DNA of 64,000 nt from Saprospiraceae bacterium (GTDB lineage Bacteria > Bacteroidota > Bacteroidia > Chitinophagales > Saprospiraceae), in the NCBI GenBank assembly GCA_020630955.1, contig JAHDIE010000012.1:5142-69141 (forward strand), read 5' to 3'. Shown piece after piece: positions 36,442-45,509 of the stretch. A program made the position numbers and the translations under genes. The notes below the pieces were generated by a model. It was not told the origin of the DNA. It was given only the letters and a program-made list of their open reading frames with translations, and made no database searches. How positions within the stretch are numbered: position 1 is the stretch's first letter; every line of letters begins with the position of its first letter.

Positions 36442-38358
36442 TTAACTTGCTGTTCTTTTAATCAATCGACGAGATATACCAATAAAGTCTTTCTCTGTTA
36501 TCATGCCTATCAATTCATCATGTTGCACAACAGGAAGACAGTCAACATTATGTTCATTCATTAATTTCATGGCATCTTGTATTGTTGCTTCAGGGTCAAT
36601 ACAAATTGGATTCTTTATCATAATTTCTTCGACAGTCACGAATGTATCAGGATTACTTTTCTTAGCGAATTCCCTAATTAGTTTATCACTTGCAACCAAG
36701 CCTACCAGATTTGCTTTAGAATCTTCTACAGGTGTAAATTTCACATTCTGCCAATCCATCAACTCTGCAACAAATTCTATAATATCTCCTTTTTGAACTG
36801 TTTGGAAATCTGTTTGCATAAATTCTGAAACAATCAGATCTTGCGGATGCCAATGTTCTGTATTATCGATGGTTGGTAATTCCCAAAGATGCCCAGGAAT
36901 TTGTGATTTTTGATTGATATGGATAGAATGTGCAAGTATGGTTAATGCTTCCGCCTGTGTTGTTTCTTCTTTTAATTTTGTAAATGAACGCAGCTGCCAA
37001 CGTGCTCCATTCATGTGCTTCTCAGCACGCTCTATTATGACATTCATATACTTATCAATATCCGCTTGATTTACTTTCATATATTGCAAGCCTTGGATTG
37101 CAGCAGGGACCAATTCTTCTAGAATCAAATCACATGCTGATATTTTTTTATCATTAAACCAAGTAAATTTTGAATCAATACCATACTTAGCAGCTTTGAT
37201 GAAATTATCTCTAGCATCTGCAAAGCTCAACTTTGTTCTTATATCCTCCAAGCTTTGATCCATCCCTTTCATTGCCCCTAACCAAAGTGCGGCATTGGCC
37301 ATCTCATCCAATACCGTAGGACCTGATGGGATCACTCTATTTTCTATTCTGAGATGTGGTTTTCCGTTTGGACTAATTCCATAACATGGTCTATTCCATC
37401 TGTATACCGTGGAGTTATGAACTTGTAAAGCCCTTAAGTTTGGCGTTACCTCTTTTTTGATCATTTCTAAAGAGTCCTCTGTGACATCCGAACTTAACAA
37501 AACCCTAAATCTGGAAATATCTTCTTTATAAATTTCTAAAATGGAATCATCCAACCATTTATTTCCAAAGTTTACCCTAGGGCTTCTTTCACGCATGTGA
37601 TTGTGTGTTGTTCTGGTATCGATGGCTTGTTGAAACATGGCAATCCTTGATTCGTGCCACAGTCTTTTTCCAAACACGATTGGGGAGTTGGCGGCAATGG
37701 CCATCACAGGAGCGGTGAGTGCTTGAGAAATATTGTACATCTTGACAAATTCAGATGCGGTAACCTGAAGATGTACTTGAAAACTAGTATTGACAGCCTC
37801 TAATAATGGACTATCATGCTTCAACATAAGTTCATCAATACCTTCCAATCGCAATTCAAACGCACTACCTATTAGCTGGCGGTTCATCCCTTCCATTAAA
37901 GCATAATATCTTTTCTTTGGGGTGAGATGATCAAGTTCCAAATTTCTTTTACGAAGTGTAGGGAGTATACCAGTTAATAGAATATCAGCATCAAATTGTT
38001 TCAGATTACCAGAAATGACATCAAGGCGGGTACTGATTTCTTTGTGCATGTTTGATAGACAATCACCTTCAAATTTTTGGGGAGTAAGGCATATTTCTAA
38101 ATTAAACTTTGCCAATTCAGTTTCCAACCATTTATGTTCAGTCATGGTTTCCATTGCTTCCATGGCAATGGTTGCTGGCTTATAGTTCTTTAGATCCACC
38201 AGTGCCATTTCCTGTTCTGCTCCAATATGCATCACATCTTTGTTAAACCATTCATTTTCAAGCATGTGTTCTAATGCACGGACATCATTAAGCAATGCTC
38301 TAATGAAATAATTCATCTGCTGACTATCCTCGACCAGTGATACCTTTTGCTCCCCCAT
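36442..38358 (-). CDS. glutamate-cysteine-ligase-family-2-like (carboxylate-amine ligase) protein fused to a C-terminal CBS pair
   Basis: ORF 36442..38445. I prefer the Met at 38358 (MGEQKVSL...). 'HIGAEQEMALVD' and 'SFQVHLQV' resemble GCS2-type ligases. The last ~130 aa have two CBS-like repeats ('...HNVDCLPVVQHDELIGMITEKD'). Confidence 0.75.
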   Translation of the reverse strand: MGEQKVSLVEDSQQMNYFIRALLNDVRALEHMLENEWFNKDVMHIGAEQEMALVDLKNYKPATIAMEAMETMTEHKWLETELAKFNLEICLTPQKFEGDCLSNMHKEISTRLDVISGNLKQFDADILLTGILPTLRKRNLELDHLTPKKRYYALMEGMNRQLIGSAFELRLEGIDELMLKHDSPLLEAVNTSFQVHLQVTASEFVKMYNISQALTAPVMAIAANSPIVFGKRLWHESRIAMFQQAIDTRTTHNHMRERSPRVNFGNKWLDDSILEIYKEDISRFRVLLSSDVTEDSLEMIKKEVTPNLRALQVHNSTVYRWNRPCYGISPNGKPHLRIENRVIPSGPTVLDEMANAALWLGAMKGMDQSLEDIRTKLSFADARDNFIKAAKYGIDSKFTWFNDKKISACDLILEELVPAAIQGLQYMKVNQADIDKYMNVIIERAEKHMNGARWQLRSFTKLKEETTQAEALTILAHSIHINQKSQIPGHLWELPTIDNTEHWHPQDLIVSEFMQTDFQTVQKGDIIEFVAELMDWQNVKFTPVEDSKANLVGLVASDKLIREFAKKSNPDTFVTVEEIMIKNPICIDPEATIQDAMKLMNEHNVDCLPVVQHDELIGMITEKDFIGISRRLIKRTAS

Positions 38359-38521
38359 CGTAAAGTTTTTTTCTAAATATATGTTTTTATTCTGAATTAT
38401 ATGAATGTCTACAAAATCAGGATTACCGTAACTTTTTAACGCCAAGAAACATTAGGATTTATTAAACTCAAGATCTTTTCTATATTTATAATCAAATCAT
38501 CAAGTTGTTCGTTAACTATTC

Positions 38522-39055
38522 ATGAGATTTAAATCATTTTGTTTCCTTCTGCTTATTGTTACCACATTCTTTTCTTGTAAGAAAGACCAAGCTCCTCTAT
38601 TTGAATTGGATATTTTCTTTGAATTAGATATACCTGCTGGTCTTAATACATTGGAGTCCCACTTTTTTATCATTGAAGATGTTCCAACCTTTGCACTCAA
38701 TGCCCTTGCAAGCAATAATCTAAATATTTCGGATATAAGTCACGCCAATGCCATCACTGCAACTTTAGAAACCAGATTTAGCGACTTAAATTTGGACTTT
38801 ATAGAAAACATTGGAGTTCATGTCCTGGATGAAAATGATTTTAGTATGCGGGATGAAGCATTTTACATTTTCAATGATTTTGTACAATTTGGAGACAAGA
38901 TTGAAATTCAGATGATACCTACTTTATTAGATCTAAAAAACGATCTGCTAAAAGAGACCGTCGATCTCGAATTCAAGATTAACCTTAGAAGTTTTCTTCC
39001 TCAAGAGCTAGACGCCAGAGTAAATATGAAATTCCATGTCTTTCCAACAGAATAA
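38522..39055 (+). CDS. lipoprotein, unknown function
   Basis: Signal peptide with lipobox 'TFFSC'. 177 aa. 3' end overlaps the cutC start by 20 nt. Confidence 0.65.
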   Translation: MRFKSFCFLLLIVTTFFSCKKDQAPLFELDIFFELDIPAGLNTLESHFFIIEDVPTFALNALASNNLNISDISHANAITATLETRFSDLNLDFIENIGVHVLDENDFSMRDEAFYIFNDFVQFGDKIEIQMIPTLLDLKNDLLKETVDLEFKINLRSFLPQELDARVNMKFHVFPTE

Positions 39056-39677
39056 AATCACTAAAGAAGCCTGTGTTGGCAATTTAGAGCAAGCTATGAA
39101 TGCTCAAAAAAATGGTGCAGATAGAATTGAGTTATGCGCTCGGCTCGATTTAGGAGGAACCACACCTAGCCCTGAATTAATCATCGCATGTCATAAACAT
39201 TTAACAATTCCAATCAAAGTAATGATACGGCCTAGAGGGGGTAATTTTGTGTATAGTGAACAAGAAATTAAATCCATGCTCAAGGATATCGAAATATGCA
39301 AGTCACTAAATGTTGCTGAATATGTTTTGGGTGCTTTAGATTCTCAAGGACAAATAGATCTACCAACCATGAAGCGCCTTTCGGCAAATGTCAATGATGC
39401 CCCAATTACTTTTCACAAAGCCATAGATGAAGTCTCCAATATAGAAAAGTCCATCTCTGATTTAAAAGAAATTCCTCAGATAAAATCAGTTCTGACTTCT
39501 GGCCTTGCTAATACAGCACTAGAAGGTCGTGAAAATTTAAAAAAGATGCTAGAATATTGCGGCGACCAAATAACAGTTATTGTTGCCGGCAAAGTTACCA
39601 ACGAAAACATCAATGAGTTGCACAACTATATTAATGCAAGAGAATATCATGGAAAGAAAATAGTTGGAAACCTATAA
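39036..39677 (+). CDS. cutC: copper homeostasis protein CutC
   Basis: 'EACVGNLEQAMNAQKNGADRIELCARLDLGGTTPS' and '...FHKAID...' are typical of the CutC TIM-barrel family. 213 aa. Confidence 0.85.
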   Translation: MSFQQNKITKEACVGNLEQAMNAQKNGADRIELCARLDLGGTTPSPELIIACHKHLTIPIKVMIRPRGGNFVYSEQEIKSMLKDIEICKSLNVAEYVLGALDSQGQIDLPTMKRLSANVNDAPITFHKAIDEVSNIEKSISDLKEIPQIKSVLTSGLANTALEGRENLKKMLEYCGDQITVIVAGKVTNENINELHNYINAREYHGKKIVGNL

Positions 39678-39686
39678 AATCACCAA

Positions 39687-40661
39687 CTACTCGAATGGAT
39701 ATTTCATCTTGATTTGCTGTCTAATTTGATCACAAATTAAAATCAAGTCAAGACTATTTTTATGACTCCACAAGTTGCTTTGTATTTCTCCTTTTCTTAT
39801 GCAATCTAAACATTCTTGAATTTCGTAAACAAAGCCTCGCCCTTTCAAAGGTAATTGAATATCTTTCTGATCATTATCTGTAATTATTTTCAATTCAGAA
39901 CTATGATGCCAAGGTGCTTGCATTTCTATTCGCCCTTTCTTGCCATGTATTTTAGCAATCATATCTGTTTTAGAACCAAAGCCGGATCCAAGATTTGCCA
40001 ATGCATTTTTATATTTCAATATTATACTTGTTTGCAAGTCGGCTCCTGTTTCATGAAATATTGCATTTGAATGAATTTGTTCTGGAAAACCAAATATTTG
40101 ATACGCTAAAAATATTGGATACACTCCGACATCAAGCAAAGAACCTCCTGCTAAATCCATGTTGAACATTCTATGCTCAGAACTAGCTTCTTTATAAAAA
40201 CAAAAATCAGCATTGATATAATTTACTTCTCCTAACTCACCTTCATCTATCAAACTGATTACTCTTTTCATGGATGGCATAAATCGAGTCCAAAATGCCT
40301 CCATTAAAAATACTTTGTTTCTTTCTGAAGCGTTAATCATTTTTTGAACTTGAAACTCATTTACGGCAAGTGGTTTCTCACATAGTACATGCTTACCAGC
40401 ATTCATGGCAGAAATACTATATTCCATATGAGAACTGTGCGGTGTAGCAATATAAATAATGTCCACTTCCATATCTTCAAAAAGCGATTGGTAATCACTA
40501 TAATAAGTCTTTGATTTTGTCGCTTCCGCAAATGACTTAGCTCTTTCCAAATTTCGAGAGGCAACCGCATGTAAGTGACACCCATCAAGCAATTGTAAAT
40601 CAGCCGCAAACCTATTGGCTATTTTACCAGTTCCGACTATTCCCCAGGAAATACTTTTCAC
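39687..40661 (-). CDS. Gfo/Idh/MocA family oxidoreductase
   Basis: N-terminal Rossmann 'ISWGIVGTGKIANRFAADL' and 'EKPLA' motif. 324 aa. Confidence 0.85.
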   Translation of the reverse strand: MKSISWGIVGTGKIANRFAADLQLLDGCHLHAVASRNLERAKSFAEATKSKTYYSDYQSLFEDMEVDIIYIATPHSSHMEYSISAMNAGKHVLCEKPLAVNEFQVQKMINASERNKVFLMEAFWTRFMPSMKRVISLIDEGELGEVNYINADFCFYKEASSEHRMFNMDLAGGSLLDVGVYPIFLAYQIFGFPEQIHSNAIFHETGADLQTSIILKYKNALANLGSGFGSKTDMIAKIHGKKGRIEMQAPWHHSSELKIITDNDQKDIQLPLKGRGFVYEIQECLDCIRKGEIQSNLWSHKNSLDLILICDQIRQQIKMKYPFE

Positions 40662-40667
40662 AATTTT

Positions 40668-42161
40668 TTATCTTTTATAATCAATTAAATTTATTAAATC
40701 TTTCTTCCAAAGTTGATATGCCGATTTGTACTCATCTTGTTTATTGGAAGGTTTATATTTATTTTCAATTTTTAATGACTGGAATGCTTCTATCGCGTTG
40801 CTAAAAACACCTACTGCAATTCCACTAGCTTTTGCAGCCCCAGTTGCACCATTGGTATCATAAAGATCAATCTCTGCATCGATCATACTTGCCACCGTCA
40901 TCGAAAATATTTTTGATTGAAACAAGTTATCATTACCTACTCTTACCACACTAGGATTCAAACCCATATTTTTTAAAATTTCAAATCCATATACAAATGA
41001 AAAGGCAACACCTTCTAAAGATGCACGAAAAAAATGACCTTTTTTATGTCTATTAAATTGTAGATTATTGATCTGGGCACTCGTATTTAAGTTCTGAATC
41101 ATCCTTTCTGCTCCATTTCCAAATGGAATAATTCTTAAACCTTCAGATCCAATCGGAATATTGTTCGCCAATTCTTCCATTTTATTATAATCAAGATCTT
41201 TATTTCCAAGGACACTTCTTATCCAAGCATATTGTATACCTGCGCCATTGATGCACAACAAATTTCCAATACGAGGGTTTGATGAACTATGATTGACATG
41301 TGCAAAACCATTCACTCTTGAGTGGCTTTCATATTTTGGTGTAGCCATAACGGCATATATCACCCCAGATGTCCCACCTGTTGCTGCAACTTGATTCGGA
41401 GATACCACTCCGAGAGATAGTGCATTATTTGGTTGATCACCTGCCCGGTATGTAATTGGTGTTCCCGCATTAATGCCAAGTTCAGCAGCAGCTTTGCTTG
41501 ACAATTTAGCTTGAATAGAAAAACAGTCCACAAGGTCAGGAATAATATCTTTGTCGATTCCATATTCTTCCAAAATGAGATCCGCAATACTCTCCTCTTT
41601 AAAATCCCATAAGATCATTTCTGAAAGTCCAGAAATAGTTGTGGTGATCTGATTAGACATTTTCATGGCAATGAAATCACCGGGCAACATCATTTTATAC
41701 AACCGCCTGTAATTTTCAGGTTCATTCTCTTTTACCCACTTCAATTTAGAAGCGGTAAAATTACCCGGAGAATTAAGCATATGACTCAAGCATTTGTTTT
41801 TGCCAATATTTTGAAATGCTTTCTCCCCAATATCTATAGCTCGTGAGTCACACCAAATAATAGAAGGACGGATAACTTTTAAGTCCTGATCCACCATAAC
41901 AAGCCCATGCATTTGGTAAGCAATTCCTATGGCGCGAATATCATCTTTCGAAACATTTGATTGCTTTAAAACCAATTTAGTTACAGTTACTAGGTTAGTC
42001 CACCAATCTTCTGGATTTTGTTCTGCCCAGCCAGCTTGATGTGCAAGTATTTTCATTTCTAAATGTGGATATTGAGCAGATGCAATTGTGCAACCATTAC
42101 TTCCATCTACGATGCTTGCTTTTATTGAAGAACTACCTAAATCATATCCAATCAAGTACAT
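40668..42161 (-). CDS. xylB: FGGY-family carbohydrate kinase (xylulokinase-like)
   Basis: 'YLIGYDLGSSSIKASIVD' N-terminal ATPase motif, 'GTSGVIY' and 'GGA..S' C-terminal FGGY motifs. 497 aa. Substrate not certain. Confidence 0.75.
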   Translation of the reverse strand: MYLIGYDLGSSSIKASIVDGSNGCTIASAQYPHLEMKILAHQAGWAEQNPEDWWTNLVTVTKLVLKQSNVSKDDIRAIGIAYQMHGLVMVDQDLKVIRPSIIWCDSRAIDIGEKAFQNIGKNKCLSHMLNSPGNFTASKLKWVKENEPENYRRLYKMMLPGDFIAMKMSNQITTTISGLSEMILWDFKEESIADLILEEYGIDKDIIPDLVDCFSIQAKLSSKAAAELGINAGTPITYRAGDQPNNALSLGVVSPNQVAATGGTSGVIYAVMATPKYESHSRVNGFAHVNHSSSNPRIGNLLCINGAGIQYAWIRSVLGNKDLDYNKMEELANNIPIGSEGLRIIPFGNGAERMIQNLNTSAQINNLQFNRHKKGHFFRASLEGVAFSFVYGFEILKNMGLNPSVVRVGNDNLFQSKIFSMTVASMIDAEIDLYDTNGATGAAKASGIAVGVFSNAIEAFQSLKIENKYKPSNKQDEYKSAYQLWKKDLINLIDYKR

Positions 42162-42285
42162 AGATACAAGATACGTATTTCATTAAATTCACTTGGAAAG
42201 TAACATATTTCAAAAAATAAATATTTGCCGAAAGGCCTATAAACAAAGAGATTTGGAAGAAAAATAGAAAATATTGTATGGACTT

Positions 42286-42312
42286 GTAACTTTAACTGTA
42301 ATTAAGCGTGAT
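42286..42312 (+). promoter_or_regulatory. candidate ECF-type promoter (GTAAC-N16-CGT) upstream of the ECF sigma gene
   Basis: GTAAC at 42286-42290 and CGT at 42307-42309 with a 16-nt spacer, about 30 nt upstream of the TTG start at 42342. Resembles the generic 'AAC-N16/17-CGT' ECF promoter architecture. Confidence 0.3.
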
Positions 42313-42341
42313 ATCAATACAAAACAACGAAACAACTTTAA

Positions 42342-42839
42342 TTGAAAACGGCTGAATATAATATAATCGTAAATGAGGTGTCGGACAGACTGTATCGATA
42401 CGCCTTGAAGCTTACAGCAGACACAGAGTCAGCAAAAGATCTCGTTCAAGAGAGTTTTATGAAGCTTTGGAAGAATGTAGAAAAAATTGACACTGACCAC
42501 GCAAAACCATTTTTGTATCGGGTTTTATTTAATAAGATGGTTGATGACAAAAGAAAAATGAAAAGAATTACCCACATGGAGGTGATGCCAGAGAGAGTAA
42601 TAGAAAAAAATGTTTACAATGAAGAAAGAGAAATCATTGACCAAGCATTCGAACAATTAGAAGAAAAACAAAAGAAGATTATCATGCTTAGAGATTGGGA
42701 TGGATATAGTTATGAAGAAATCGCCGATATCTTAGAAATCAATCTGAATCAGGTAAAAGTAAATTTATTCAGAGCAAGAAAGAAAATGAAAACTGTCGTG
42801 ACCTCTATTGATCAAAATATAATGAGCAGAAAACTATGA
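42342..42839 (+). CDS. ECF-type RNA polymerase sigma factor
   Basis: Region 2 'DLVQESFMKLW' and region 4 'GYSYEEIADILEINLNQVKVNLFRARKKM'. TTG start in the ORF track. Stop overlaps the next start (ATGA). Confidence 0.9.
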   Translation: MKTAEYNIIVNEVSDRLYRYALKLTADTESAKDLVQESFMKLWKNVEKIDTDHAKPFLYRVLFNKMVDDKRKMKRITHMEVMPERVIEKNVYNEEREIIDQAFEQLEEKQKKIIMLRDWDGYSYEEIADILEINLNQVKVNLFRARKKMKTVVTSIDQNIMSRKL

Positions 42840-43723
42840 AAATAAATAAACTAAACTACGAGAATTACGTCATTGACTATATTGAAGGAACACTTTCTGC
42901 AGAATTGAAAAAAGATTTCGATTTATTTTTAGAAAAAAACAAAGAAGTCTACGATGAGATTAAAGATTATATGTCTGCTCCAATACTTGAAGAACCAGAG
43001 GTGATTTTTGACAACAAAAAAGCGATAAGACAAAGTAGTAATAAAAAATATGCACTTTTAGTTTTACTACCCCTTTTATTAATAGGAGTGTATTTCATAT
43101 TATCAGATGACAGTAGAAAAACTGAAAGTTCTGAAACCAAAATAGAATCAATCATCACTCCAAACTCTGATAAACAAGTTGAAGTAGTTAACGAAGTTGA
43201 AGCTGAAATACTAAATATAGAACAAGAAGATGTTAATCTAATAGAACAAAATAAACCATTGGTTGAGCCGATAGTAAAGCAAAAAAAAGTAAACAATAAA
43301 TCAAAGCAGGAAGGAATTAAAAAGTTTGTGCCAAGTAACAAGGTAGATCTTAAAAAGGCAAATGAAGTTCAATCAGCACAAATCAAGCCAATGAATTTCG
43401 CATCAATTGAAGTTCCTACACCAATTCAACAAGTTGTTGAACAAAGAGAATTAATCAGGAATCCAAGTCAAATTGGCGCAATAGAAATAAACTTTGATTT
43501 ATCAAGTGATGCCATAACCAGTGATAAAATGATACTCGCTAAGGTGGAGAAAGTTAACAATTCTGAAGCACCGCTTAAGAATAAAAATTGGTTGGAAATG
43601 ATAACTCCAGCTTCGTTTGACGACATAGATCTTAAAGAAAGTCTTGCCATCCAAACGAATGTAGATGTTAACTCAACAAGAAAAATATTAAATGCATTTA
43701 TACCAGAAACATTTGTAAAGTAA
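42836..43723 (+). CDS. putative anti-sigma factor (single-pass membrane protein)
   Basis: Translationally coupled to the sigma gene. N-terminal 'YENYVIDYIEGTLSAELKKDFDLFLEKN' resembles Bacteroidetes anti-sigma N-domains. One TM helix (YALLVLLPLLLIGVYFIL) and a low-complexity C-terminal part. Confidence 0.65.
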   Translation: MKINKLNYENYVIDYIEGTLSAELKKDFDLFLEKNKEVYDEIKDYMSAPILEEPEVIFDNKKAIRQSSNKKYALLVLLPLLLIGVYFILSDDSRKTESSETKIESIITPNSDKQVEVVNEVEAEILNIEQEDVNLIEQNKPLVEPIVKQKKVNNKSKQEGIKKFVPSNKVDLKKANEVQSAQIKPMNFASIEVPTPIQQVVEQRELIRNPSQIGAIEINFDLSSDAITSDKMILAKVEKVNNSEAPLKNKNWLEMITPASFDDIDLKESLAIQTNVDVNSTRKILNAFIPETFVK

Positions 43724-43750
43724 CCGTAATAAAAATTAAAACACAACAAT

Positions 43751-44596
43751 ATGAAAATTATACAAATATTAACAATAGTTCTTTTGTTTACAGGATTTCA
43801 GCTTAATGCTCAAGATGAGCCAAAAAATGAAAACAAAAGCAAAGGAAAAAGCATTAACATCACCTTTGGTGAAGACGATGAAGAAGATTCAGATCACGAT
43901 CATGATCATGACCATGATTATGACCACGACCATGACGAAGATGATTACAAAAGGAAAAGAGCAAAAATGAGATTCGGAATGATGGATCTTGGTATAAGCA
44001 CTTACCTAACAGAGGATAATGAAATCAATATGCCAGAAGAATTATCTTATCTGGATCAAAGATTAGGCAAATCAATTAATGTTGGAATTCATTTTATTGA
44101 TCTAAAGTTGGGATTAAGTGGAAGAAAAAGACCTCAATATTTAGGAATATCAACTGGACTTAGAATGAATATGGTTCATTACAGCTTCGAAAATGATTTC
44201 GAACTTGCACAGAATCAAGAAACATTTGAGGCTGCTATAGTTGATGCTTCAAAAGATATCTCAAAGCACAGAATTTTTGGAAATTATATGATGGTACCGG
44301 CAATGTTGGAAATCAATACAAATCCAGCAAATCCGTCAAAGTCTTTCAACATCGCTTTTGGATATGTTCACAACTTTTTACTCTGGAGTAACCATAAGAT
44401 CAAGTTTGATGATAGCGAAAAAATAAAAGTAAAGGATGATTTTAATCTGAACAAAAGTTATGGAATGGTAGAAGGAAGAATAGGATATGGAGCACTTAAC
44501 TTTTATGTACAGTATGGCCTTGATGGATTATTTCAAGCCAATGCAGGACCAAATGTAACACCAATTAACTTTGGCGTAAACATCATCCCTAGATAG
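43751..44596 (+). CDS. secreted, probably outer-membrane beta-barrel protein with N-terminal Asp/His-rich tract
   Basis: Signal peptide (…QLNAQ), 'EDDEEDSDHDHDHDHDYDHDHDEDD', then ~210 aa of alternating-hydrophobic strands. Confidence 0.7.
   Translation: MKIIQILTIVLLFTGFQLNAQDEPKNENKSKGKSINITFGEDDEEDSDHDHDHDHDYDHDHDEDDYKRKRAKMRFGMMDLGISTYLTEDNEINMPEELSYLDQRLGKSINVGIHFIDLKLGLSGRKRPQYLGISTGLRMNMVHYSFENDFELAQNQETFEAAIVDASKDISKHRIFGNYMMVPAMLEINTNPANPSKSFNIAFGYVHNFLLWSNHKIKFDDSEKIKVKDDFNLNKSYGMVEGRIGYGALNFYVQYGLDGLFQANAGPNVTPINFGVNIIPR
43871..43945 (+). repeat. (Asp-His)n / acidic low-complexity coding tract
   Basis: GAA GAC GAT GAA GAA GAT TCA GAT CAC GAT CAT GAT CAT GAC CAT GAT TAT GAC CAC GAC CAT GAC GAA GAT GAT. 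Synonymous codons alternate, so the repeat is at protein level. Confidence 0.85.
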
Positions 44597-44625
44597 TCAT
44601 TACATTTTCAGTTATAAGTTGATGG

Positions 44626-44662
44626 CCCTGGCATTTTGGAAGCACAAATGTCAGGGTTTTTT
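44626..44662 (+). terminator. rho-independent terminator
   Basis: CCCTGGCAT / ATGTCAGGG 9-bp stem (one G-U pair), 13-nt loop, T6. The T-run overlaps the stop of the convergent gene. Confidence 0.55.
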
Positions 44663-45332
44663 AATTCATTATTTCCTCTACTCTTCTGATCATCTTTTCA
44701 CTAGTACTATATCCTCTTGCTATGGCCGAAACATTTCCCTGGTATTCGATTAGGATTGTTGGAAAACTATTTACACCAAGTTCCGTTGCCCTAGTGAAAT
44801 CAAGTTTAATTTTTTCCTTAAACTCCTTTGACTCAAATAACTTTTTAAATTCATTTTGATCAATTCCAAATTGATCCAGCAATGGATAATAACTTTCAGT
44901 CAGATGCATATTTTTATTTTCCTTATAAAATAGTTTTTGCACCTCTTTAAAAAACGAAATCTCATTTTCTGGATTGAGCTGACGAACAACAATGGTTGCT
45001 CTTGAAGGTGGTTCAGTGTCATAGCTAATTTGATTACTGTCCAAAATTCCATAATTAAACTCTTGGCCACTCCTTTCATGCACTTCATGCCAATGTGTAG
45101 TTAAAAAATCTTTTAACTCAATCATTTTTTGTTCATTATAAGGTCTTAATCCCCCCATCACCAATTCAAACTCAAATTTACCTTTATATGCATCCTCCAA
45201 TTTCGAAAACTCTGGCGCTATGCCATAACACCAAGAGCACATCGGATCTCCAACATATATGATTTTAGCCTCTTTTTGAGCCATCACTGAAATATTTAAG
45301 CTTATAAATAAAAAGATTAATAGTTGTTTCAT
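44661..45332 (-). CDS. DsbA-family thioredoxin-fold protein
   Basis: Signal peptide. 'IIYVGDPMCSWCYGIAPEF' (CxxC). 223 aa. Confidence 0.8.
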   Translation of the reverse strand: MKQLLIFLFISLNISVMAQKEAKIIYVGDPMCSWCYGIAPEFSKLEDAYKGKFEFELVMGGLRPYNEQKMIELKDFLTTHWHEVHERSGQEFNYGILDSNQISYDTEPPSRATIVVRQLNPENEISFFKEVQKLFYKENKNMHLTESYYPLLDQFGIDQNEFKKLFESKEFKEKIKLDFTRATELGVNSFPTILIEYQGNVSAIARGYSTSEKMIRRVEEIMN

Positions 45333-45509
45333 ATCACAATATAAGATCTTCTAGAATTTAATTGAAACCAACTAAAGTCCTATAGACTAAAAGTCCAAAA
45401 GTCAACATTACGAATGTCCAAAAGTCAAGTCCTCAAAAAGTCTAGCCCTCAAAAAAAGCCTAACCCCACAACCCTGCTTTTTTATTATCTTAGACACAAA
45501 TTCTCAACC

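Noticed and set aside
43871-43945. The (Asp-His)n tract as a DNA-level microsatellite or contingency locus.
   Set aside because: Codons alternate between synonymous forms (GAT/GAC, CAT/CAC) and a Tyr interrupts the tract. There is no perfect DNA repeat long enough for slippage, so it is kept as a protein-level feature only.
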